Positions 13,540-23,500 of a stretch of 64,000 nucleotides of DNA are shown one piece after another (the first letter of the stretch is position 1; every line of letters starts with the position of its first letter). A model generated the notes under the pieces. It searched no databases, had not been told where the DNA came from, and worked only from the letters and a program-made list of their open reading frames with translations. This DNA comes from Antedon mediterranea. Lineage: Eukaryota > Animalia > Echinodermata. The translations under genes were made by a program, and so were the position numbers. Location: positions 25,330,912 to 25,394,911 of the forward strand of contig NC_092675.1 of the NCBI RefSeq assembly GCF_964355755.1, written 5' to 3'.

Positions 13540-14470
13540 TCTTATTCTTTATCTGTGATTAATTATACTCAAATGACTATAGTTTAAAACAGTATTAAAC
13601 GGGATCATACATTAATGTTATTTGTTGTATATTATTAAGTTTATCCTATTCTTTATCACTGTGCTTAACTATACCAAAATGAGTATAGTTGAGAACAGTG
13701 TTAAACTGGATCGTACATTAATGTTATTTGTTGTATATTATTAAGTTTATCCTATTCTTTATCACTGTGCTCAAGTATACCAAAATGACTATAGTCGAGA
13801 ACAGTGTTAAACGGGATCGTACATTAATGCTATTTGTTGTATATTATTAAGTTTATCCTATTCTTTATCACTGTGCTCAAGTATACCAAAATGACTATAG
13901 TCGAGAACAGTGTTAAACGGGATCATACCTTAATGCTATTTGTTGTATATTATTAAGTTTATCCTATTCTTTATCTCTGTCCTTAAGTATACCAAAATGA
14001 CTATAGTTGAGAACAGTGTTAAACTGGATCATACATTAATGTTATTTGTTGTATATTATTAAGTTTATCCTATTCTTTATCACTGTGCTCAAGTATACCA
14101 AAATGACTATAGTTGAGAACAGTGTTAAACTGGATCGTACATTAATGCTATTTGTTGTATATTATTATTAAGTTTATCCTATTCTTTATCACTGTGCTCA
14201 AGTATACCAAAATGACTATAGTTGAGAACAGTGTTAAACGGGATCGTACATTAATTTTATTTGTTGTATATTGTTAAGTTTATCCTATTCTTTATCACTG
14301 TGCTCAAGTATACCAAAATGACTATAGTTGAGAACAGTGTTAAACTACATCGTACATTAATGTTATTTGTTGTATATTGTTAAGTTTATCCTATTCTTTA
14401 TCACTGTGCTCAAGTATACTAAAATGACTATAGTTGAGAACAGTGGTAAACTGGATCGTACATTAATTTT
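13540..14470 (-). repeat. Inverted array of the same 106-bp unit (~9 copies)
   Basis: ttaagtttatcctattctttatc recurs at 13635, 13741, 13847, 13953, 14059, 14168, 14274 and 14380; it is the reverse complement of the 10619-11826 array. Confidence 0.95.
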
Positions 14471-15660
14471 ATCCTTTGCTTTACTGTGCTTTGATTTGAT
14501 AAGCAAGTTTGGTTGCCCCGCCCCCATATGCTGCCTACTAAATTAGGATTCCCTAGCTTTTCTATAAAAATTGAAGTACCCAGAATGCACGTTATACGGA
14601 AGTCATAGTCTTGTAAAATACAGACACAATAGTTTTTATCGTATTGTTTTCATTTAAATATCACTAAGATTGTCTTAAACTACAAACAACTAAAATTAGT
14701 GAAGGTATGCAAGTGTTTCTAAATGTTTACTACTGGTAGTATTAATACAATTTGGATTATATCATTTTCCAGAAAGGTAGAAAAAAACATAAAATAGTTG
14801 AGAATTCTCAACTAGCCAGGATGGTATAGGAAATATAGCTCATCATGGGTATAATATTTTACATAAACGTCTGGATCTAATTAGAATTTTCACAGCCGCT
14901 ATATGCTCGCTACTCCTTAAAAATGTTGCCGTGAAGCAAAAAACGACTGGATTTGGAGAACACATGTTTTTGGTTCTACCTTCCGTTTCTATCGATATAT
15001 TCTATACATTTGAGTTACAGTATACACTATTAATATTTATAATTATTGGTTCCTTGGTAGGCCTACTTTTTAGTCCTTTTATCAATTGTTACATAATAAT
15101 TTGATCTAGGATAGTAGGATACTGCTAGACTAGATAGTAGTTAAACAACATGGTTTTTATTTGTGTTTCGATTCGGACTGCAACAAAAATCGTGAAGCCG
15201 GCCCTTGGTATGCGAGAACAGTGTAGTGCCAGTGGACGGCCGACGTACTCTCGCAGACATTTTCTCTGATTTTGCAGGCGGCGAATTCGATCAAGGTGGA
15301 CCGATAGGAGACCAATACCAAACTACGGAGGTGAGTAATTGTTCGGTAAAAATGTTCATATAGAAGTAACAAAACTGTAGGCTAGCATATTGTCGCGAGA
15401 GAGTGTAGAGTTTGCCTATCCATAGAGGGGCGAATCGACCCGGCTGGGTTGAAACTGTCCCATATATATAGGCTAGATGTTTACGGACGTGTTCGGGTAC
15501 ATGACCCACGTCCTGTTTAAAATATGTGTGTATGCATTGATATTCCCTCCCTCTTTGGATGTCATATTATCATATTATTGTCATGTTCAGAATTCTTTCA
15601 ACACAACTGAATTTACCATATACTGTATTTACCCCTACTCTTTTTCATTCTTTATTCTAG

Positions 15661-16008
15661 TGTGAAGAATGCCTCAAGTGGCGAGTATGTTATGCAGCAC
15701 ATGTTCTGAAGCGTGACCAAGGGCAGCTCTTGGAACGAGAACTGGACACACTGTCGTATTCATGTGGAACTTGTTTTCAAGACATCCTGGGAGAGGACGA
15801 TTCTATTGTTTTTGTCAATGACAAAATGACATGTGCCCTGCCTCTCGAAGCAGCTTATTACATAACATTCACAGACCCCCTGTGCTTTTATTGTGGAACT
15901 GAGCACAATTTATCAATTGAGAACATGAATTATCCACTTTGTAGTGAATGCAAGGAATCAGGCAAAACACCCAAAAGGAAAAACACTAGAGCATTTGTGC
16001 CACAGTAG
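15661..16008 (+). pseudogene. C-terminal exon remnant of a transposase-associated Cys-rich protein (Zator-like)
   Basis: After an acceptor-like ttctttattctag (15660) the frame reads CEECLKWRVCYAAHVLKRDQGQLLERELDTLSYSCGTCF...VFVNDKMTCALPLEAAYY...CFYCG...YPLCSECKESGKTPKRKNTRAFVPQ*. It has three CxxC pairs and lies ~340 bp inside the right TIR. No catalytic upstream exon is visible. Confidence 0.6.
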
Positions 16009-16382
16009 GCTAATAATATCCAGAAGTTTGATATAAAGTCAAAGTGTACAAAAAGGACTTTTATTGTGACCCCCTGATAAAATTAAAAAAAAGGTGTATT
16101 TTAATATTTGCTGTTCTGTATACTTATGTTTGTTTAGACATCTTACAGTACTTACCATATTTATTTGAATTGTCAGGAAGGGTGTATGCGAGGGGTGGGA
16201 GTGATTTTTATTCATAGCGGCATGTTTATTCAAGAAAATACGGTAGTGAGTCGCCATCTTGGAAAAATAAAAAATAAAAAATAAAAAGAGCCTCTTCCTT
16301 CCTTTTTTTAGAAAACCAGGACGATCAACTGTTGTTTTTTTTTACATGGCCATACTGTAACTCCTCGAGCTCCCCCCACACA

Positions 16383-16655
16383 CATGCTCAATGTTTTTGT
16401 TTCTATGGAGCGCCAAAAGAGCAACAATAATAGTACAAGTATAAAAACAGAAAGAAACGAAACAAATCATGATTTTAAAATTAAAATTTATTTGCCAGTA
16501 TTTATTTCTTTGTACTTGCATGATTATACTATTATCATTACAATTTTAATTTTACATTGTTCCATCCACACTGTAGATGGACTCCACAGAGTTTTCAGCC
16601 CTCTATATAATTTTTGCTCTTTTGACGTTCCATAGAAACAAAAACATTGAACATG
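16383..16655. mobile_element. Small MITE (~45-bp imperfect TIRs)
   Basis: catgctcaatgtttttgtttctatggagcgccaaaagagcaa vs ttgctcttttgacgttccatagaaacaaaaacattgaacatg. Confidence 0.7.
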
Positions 16656-16756
16656 GGGTAGGCCTACTGCTACTGTACTGTAGGCTAGTCATGCGAAATT
16701 CGCAAACAGTTTGTGTGCGAGAAAAACGTCTGTAAAATCATCAATTTAAAAATGTA

Positions 16757-17687
16757 TTTGTTACTTTTTATGTGATTCTTTTTCATAAAAGTGCCAATTC
16801 TAAGGTGTGGTATTCAGAATAAATGTTGGGAGTTAAAATACAAGGCAGGAGGTGCGAAAGATAAATATTTGTAATCTTATTCTTAGGTCTTGGGTTTTTA
16901 GCTTTCGTGATCTTAGGGGGTCTTAGCTTTCGTGGTCTTAGGTTTCGTGACACCCTTAGGCTAGGTGCTTTGCGTAGCTAGGCCTAGAATTGTTTTGTCG
17001 TTTTGACATAGGCCTAATATAGAATTTTTTACTCCATGAATTAACACTACAGTAGATGTTTTTATAAAATCCAAATAAATATAATATTTATATATTATAA
17101 ATATATTTATTTGGATTTATAAAAAAACAATAAATGTTTCTGTTTGAATGTTATTCAGATTTAGGCCTACGACGTGTGTTACCGGTATATAAAACAAATA
17201 ATGAAAGGTTATATTCTTGGTTTGTTACTTTTTATGTGATTCTTTTTCATAAAAGTGCCAATTCTAAGGTGTGGTATTCAGAATAAATGTTGGGAGTTAA
17301 AATACAAGGCAGGAGGTGCGAAAGATAAATATTTGTAATCTTTTTCTTAGGTCTTGGGTCTTAGCTTTCGTGATCTTAGGGGGTCTTAGCTTTCGTGGTC
17401 TTAGGTTTCGTGACACCCTTAGGCTAGGTGCTTTGCCTAGCATTGTTTTGTCGTTTTGACATAGGCCTAATTAGGCCTACCATAGAATTTTTTACTCCAT
17501 GAATTAACACTACAGTAGATGTTTTTATAAAATCCAAATAAATATAATATTTATATATTATAAATATATTTATTTGGATTTATAAAAAAACAATAAATGT
17601 TTCTGTTTGAATGTTATTCAAATTTAGGCCTACGACGTGTGTTACCGGTATATAAAACAAATTAATAATGAAAGGTTATATTCTTGG
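16757..17687. repeat. Recent direct tandem duplication of ~465 bp including the right MULE TIR and its TSD
   Basis: 16757-17220 is nearly identical to 17221-17687; the second TIR end is at 17418, again followed by TTAGGCTAGG. Confidence 0.9.
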
Positions 17688-20542
17688 TTTGCCTTGTTGA
17701 ATTTTCCATCTTCACCTCATGCCATTATTTGTAATATTCCACTCATAAACATTCATTATTTTTATATTATAACACACCTGATTGCATTCTTGCAATTTGA
17801 TTGGTCAATTCATATGTCTGAAAAGAAGTAGATGTATTAGTCTTAACAGAGTATTATGGCAATTGTAAAGACAATTTCGTGGAAGTTTGGAACAGATCAC
17901 CATGTTTGTTATCACATTCCACAAGACTCAAGAATAGTTTCAAAATAAAAAGCAAAGAAGTTGTTACGTTTTGATATATTTAATCATACAATTTGTGAAA
18001 CTGTATATAACTAGCTACAGTTTAACTATACTCCACAAATGTACAGTATTCTCTTGAAATATAATACTGTTTAAATTTAAATATTAACATCTTATAGTAG
18101 CTTACCTTATATGACTTAATTAACATCGATTACAATTATAAAGACAACATGATGTTTATGGACAAATATGGAATGAAAACTACTAAACAAACCAACATTT
18201 GTTAGGCAAAAAAGACATACCTGGACAAACCAATAACATAGTTCTCACACCCCTTGACAAAATAATGGACCCATCCGATTGTGACCCGACTTGCCTATTT
18301 AAAAAAATGAAAATCGGGTTGTCCAGTACATCAGCAAGACAAAATAATTATACTGTATCTTGGAAAAAAATAGGATGACCGCAAACAAATGTGTTTGAAA
18401 ACGAGAAATATCAAAGATTCTAACCACAAGCCTCGTACATACTTTTAGTGAAATGTGACAATCACTTTTGACAATCACTTTTAACAATGGACAGTGATCA
18501 CTGAAACATTGAAAATCTGTTCTTCTCCTATTGTCAATTAGATACTAATGTATACTAATACTGAACTTGAGCATAAAATACATCACATATTTAGTTTGTG
18601 GTTAGCATGTCGAACTAGGGAGTTCTGGTATGGGTGTGAATGTTGTATATTATTCTATCAGATATGAATAAAAAGAGTGATGGGCTACACAAAATAACAT
18701 TATACATCCATAGTAACATTTTTCTGATTTCATTAACCAGAATTTAACATAAAATAACTTCTGATCAACAGAATATAATGTAACACAAATAAAAAAAAGC
18801 ACATTTTAGATATGTTTGTATATAAAGAGATGTATATTATAAAAACAATGATAAATATATTTTAAATAAAACATATATTTAAAAAACAATATTTATAATT
18901 ACGGTTATTAATGGTGATAAACTTCCAAGGCACTATTTTACTTTGTAAATAGTAATTACTGTAAATATAAATTCAAATTAAAGGAGTCGTTTAAAAAAAA
19001 TGAACATTGTAATGTGGTAATTATTATTGTTTTTTTTTTATAAGGAACCATAAATATGTTTGTTTTTGTGACAATGCTCAATATAAAGTTACACATCCAT
19101 GACATATCACATTTTGTATGGGGCCTGGGTGCAGATTTATATTGATTTGAAAAAAAAGTTTTTTTCTATAAAGTCGCATTTTAAAATCTGAAGAAAAGAA
19201 CAATAAAAACTATGATAGAGGTAAACAAACATTCAAATTGATGACAATTATATCTGCAACGAAACAAACGTCCACTGCAAGATCCGAACTGCTTTGGATT
19301 TGGGCGCTTTCTTCATTGTTCAAAGGAATACAACACTTTAGTATCAGCATAAAAAACCCACTCAATTTATTCTAGTACAACATTAAGACCAACTATTTTA
19401 TATTTTTTGGCAAAATATAGCAATCTTAGTACAGTATAGTCACAAAGGTTCTTCTTTATATCTATTTAATACATATATCATCATTATAACTTTAATGTTC
19501 AAATAAATACATTTTATTTCTCTAAAACAAACATTTAACAAAGTTGTCATGCTTTTAATAAATACTTTGATGACCACTTTTTGGAAAGTATCATAATAAC
19601 GATACAATGGCTTTTTTTCTTTCTAGATTTTTTTACATGAATATAGATAGAGTATCAAAGATGTACAGTCTTTATATGTAAAAGAAGAATTTCAGTCAAT
19701 ACAAATCTTTTTGTTATTTAGCAGGGGAAAGAGTTGGTTAAACCTACTTCATCAGGCTATTTCCAGATGTGCTTAAATTGCTCCAGTTGCACTATTAGTT
19801 CTTCATGACATCAAATTGTAGTTAACTAGTTGATTTAGCTACTAACTATGTTATAACTGTACATTGATGCATTTAGGCAGGGGTTATACAAACTTTATAC
19901 CTCTCTGATTTAAGAGAGAATCTGGCAAAACACATGAACACAGCTAGTTAGTGGAAACAAGTGCAGTAGGCGATGGTGAGCCCCACATTAGCTACAGTAA
20001 AGCTGGCTACCATCCACACCTCATCAGCAATAGCTGCTGAAGATGTTATCTATTGTTACCATATACAAAAACAACTTTACTGAAACCAAATCTTATTTTA
20101 TCGCTAATTGTGCAATAAACTTTTATTTAATAGAAATGTGCACATCGTTAGAATGTATTGTTTCTTGTAATGAATAACTCTATTTCAGATATTTCACTTC
20201 AAAGAACAAAAATACATTGTTAGACAGATGTTGATCTAGCTGATGTATTTACATTTGTTACACATATTGGCAACAATGTGCTCATTGTATTTGAACAGGT
20301 AAAACATTGAAAACTAGTTCATTTTGGGATTACATGTTAACAACAGTTACACAGTATGATTACATAGAAAACACACATTAAATTCTTAGTGTAATACTTC
20401 TACAATCTACAAAGCTCTAGCCAATCATCACTGTTAGTGGCAGTATCACATGACATGCATCTAACAACTAACAAGCACCAAATTGTTAAGAGATAATACA
20501 GTTGTAGTAGTAGATTTGTTAGGTGAGTCTGTTAGTCGTTGA

Positions 20543-23500
20543 TCATAGATCTTCAATAATGTCCTCATCTGACATGCAAGATGTATCGTAATATTCCGAT
20601 GTTGTTGTTACACTTTGCAAACAACGATCCTGGTAAGAACAAAACATTTTAGTTAGAAATGTATGTGCAAAATGTGCAATAGTATTGTTAAATGAAAGTA
20701 GTATACATTAATGATTAATGTTATTGACATTTGTTTGTTTTTATTCTTCTAGTTAGAATCTTGTTTAAAAAAATTAATTGAATTAATTTATCAATTACTA
20801 AGTTCATAATCAATCACTCTAATCAATTGATTCAAAATGGATATGGTAGACCTATTGATAAATTCAAGGTTTACAGATAATAATTAAAAGCAATAGGTTA
20901 CTGTAATTAAAGAACAATTGATAATGTTATAACTTTGTATCAGTGGGGAGCTGGTCAGATGACTTGCTGTGCCTTGCTCTACTGTGTATATTATATACTT
21001 TATAGTGTATACTTACTACATTGAGAACACTTTGTGAACAAATTTGGAAGCAATACTCAGCTGGGACTCGAATCCACTGAGAAATTTTGTTTTTAGCAAG
21101 GTGTTCTCAATGTACTGAGTATACACAGTACAATTAAAGTAGAGCTAAGCATCAGAAAAATTAAATGCTGTAATTAAGCTGTTAAATACAGGTTACATGC
21201 TACTAAAGCAATCAGAACCATGCACATTTCAACCAGACAATTTTAAGACATTGCTACAATAATTGTATGTTAGTTAGGCATCCATCTAATCTACCTAATG
21301 TTGAAAATGTACAAGTTAATGTTCTTCTATTATATATCGTTGTCGACATTATTGTGCTTGATACATTTCCAAATAATCACTCCTTGAAAAGTATACTTTT
21401 GAATAAGTATCTCTGACAAACAAGATGTGTTGATGTTTGGAAAATGTTTTCATCTGGTTTTATATTGAATATCTGTACACAATTCTTTACGTTAACCTAG
21501 TAATTATATACGTATGTATGCGAAGATTCGACTTGTCAGAAAATCTTCATATAGCAACCACTAACATCACGTCATTGCCAGCCAGATGAAAAAATTTCAC
21601 ACACGTACCTATTTAATTACTGGTTTAACATAATTGTATATGCCTACTGAAGATGTGGTGATGGTTTTAAATACAGTAAATGTTCTAACTACCAAAATGG
21701 GACCTAATCTGAATCAAATGAAAAGCGTTAGGCCTACAGTTATAGCTAGCATGCAGATGCATCATTTGTTATTAATCCCTAAATGCTAACAAGCTTCCCA
21801 TTTGGTAAGATAAACATGTATAATCTAACAAGTATTGAGTTGAGGAATCAGGGCAAACAAAACCAATGAAAAACATGAGAATGAAAGAACAAAATCCATG
21901 GTATTAAAGTATAATAAACAAAACCAAATAAAAAAAAAGATATTAACACCGTTATTATCATACCATCATTTTCTATATGAACTTTCACATTTACTATAAT
22001 TAATACACCAGTATCACTGCAAATGTATGAGAAAAACATGTTCCAAAGGTAGAGGGGGGCTATTATATTTGATATAAGCAATAAAAGAAAAGTTTATTAA
22101 GAAACCATAATGTGGATTTGATTGAGTTTTATTTAAATCAGTGGAACATGTTTACCATGCTAACTATTCCAACTATATTGATCAAACATATAGAAATATC
22201 ATAGACATGTTGAATACCTTGCAAATTGTGTTTCCTTTTGAAAAAAAATAATAGAAATGTATTAAATTCCAGCAAATAACATGCAACAAACTGGCACAAA
22301 TAATTTAATACCTGTATGTAAATTAATACCTAAAAATGTATTTCTTAAAAATTTGTTTTCGATTATACATAGTAATAATCATTCAATCGCACTTTTTGTA
22401 TAATTTCTTTTAAAATATATATATTGAAATATTCAAAATTAGTAATTTGTGATTGTAACAATAAACTAAGAAAAGATATTAGAATTACATCAATTCCAAT
22501 AATTGTCTATAAGCTTAAAAATAAATTTACATTATCCACAACTATACAGGTATTATACACAAAATTATCACTTATAATATTTATAAAGTCATTAAATATT
22601 CGTAGGTATTATTATATGCAGGATAAATGCAGAAACATTGAGTTATAATAATGTTTCCAAAGGGTATGTACGTTTCATTCCCAGAAATTTAGGCGTGTTT
22701 TTGTCATCCGTTGCAATAACTTCTGAATACTTTGGTTTTCTAAAATTAAAAAGCCGTAACTGTCCTTCGCTTAATAATCGCCACGTTCGTATCCCTTTAC
22801 TTACTTTTTCTTCCAGTTCATCTGTATCTTCTGTAATAACATAAACATTTGGAGTTGAGAACATTTTATCTTCTTCTTCATTACATTCATTCACTTTATT
22901 TTGTGTAGTCTCTTTAATGTTTTCATTTATTTCTTTTTCATTTTCGAGTCCATTCACATAACCATTGATCAATGGTTTACTTTCGTTTGGCACATCTTTT
23001 AAATCATCCTCTAAGTGAGTTGTTTCTGTTATGTCACCATTAAACGATGATTTTTGTTCTGGTTCCTCCTCTTTTACGTCAAATAACTGCAATGGGTTGG
23101 CTCGGATACGCCAGCCTAAGTGATCTGCGATGCTATCATCAATTATGCTATTTTCATCTAAGGCTAATGGGGCTGGGTCTTCTTGGGGTTCTTTTAAGAA
23201 AACATCACTCGCATATTCATTTCCTTCGTGAATCATCGGTGATTCCGAGGAAGGACTTTCAACACTCACACTAAATCTGTTTGGTGCTTCTGAAAAAAAA
23301 GTAAAAAAAAAAATAAACAAATGCTGCGGCATCAAATAGTCATTCTATTAATTTAAATCAATGTTTTTTTTTATGTTTAATTGGATTATCAGAATTTATC
23401 TTTACTTTATTTAGTGAACAGTACTGGTTTTTTCCCCACTTAAATTAAGATTATTTACTACAAATTTTTCTAAAAAATGTTAAGCAATTGTGTTAAAATA

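Larger units (their letters stand above)
10288..14828. mobile_element. TA-flanked TIR (fold-back) element containing satellite arrays
   Basis: TATACCAAATTGGCTAGTTGAGAATTCTCAACTATT at 10288-10323 and its near-exact reverse complement at 14793-14828. Each TIR contains the perfect palindrome TAGTTGAGAATTCTCAACTA. Confidence 0.7.
9975..16351 (+). mobile_element. Zator-like (GG...CC termini, 3-bp TSD) DNA transposon nested in the MULE-like element
   Basis: TIRs GGCCATATAAAAAAAAACAACAGTTGATCGTCC (9975) and GGACGATCAACTGTTGTTTTTTTTACATGGCC (16351), with ATA on both flanks. It carries a Cys-rich coding remnant at 15661-16008. The superfamily name is from recall; the canonical Zator TSD is TWA, so the match is imperfect. 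Confidence 0.6.
9449..16955. mobile_element. Non-autonomous Mutator(MULE)-like DNA transposon with long degenerate TIRs and a 10-bp TSD
   Basis: Termini GGGTGTCACGAAACCTAA (9449) and TTAGGTTTCGTGACACCC (16955), flanked by the direct repeat TTAGGCTAGG (9439-9448 and 16956-16965). TIR similarity continues (9776-9935 vs 16722-16870). G-rich termini, long TIRs and a 9-10 bp TSD are MULE characteristics. Confidence 0.75.
8613..17760. mobile_element. Outer palindromic MITE-like element, split by later insertions
   Basis: 8613-8662 (aataatgaatgtttatgagtgtaatggtacaaataatggtatgaggtgaa) is the diverged reverse complement of 17711-17760. 8815-8930 pairs with 16956-17100, and 8952-8992 pairs with 9355-9400. 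Confidence 0.65.

Noticed and set aside
10619-14470. Regular repeats that could be mistaken for a CRISPR array; ORFs 10726-11046, 10793-11056 and 11564-11752
   Set aside because: The units are contiguous with no unique spacers, there are no cas genes and the context is eukaryotic. The ORFs arise from two 99-bp (3n) repeat units and satellite sequence.
21597-21608. Possible mini terminal exon (tag|GTA CGT GTG TGA, VRV*)
   Set aside because: The acceptor is weak and three codons can easily arise by chance.
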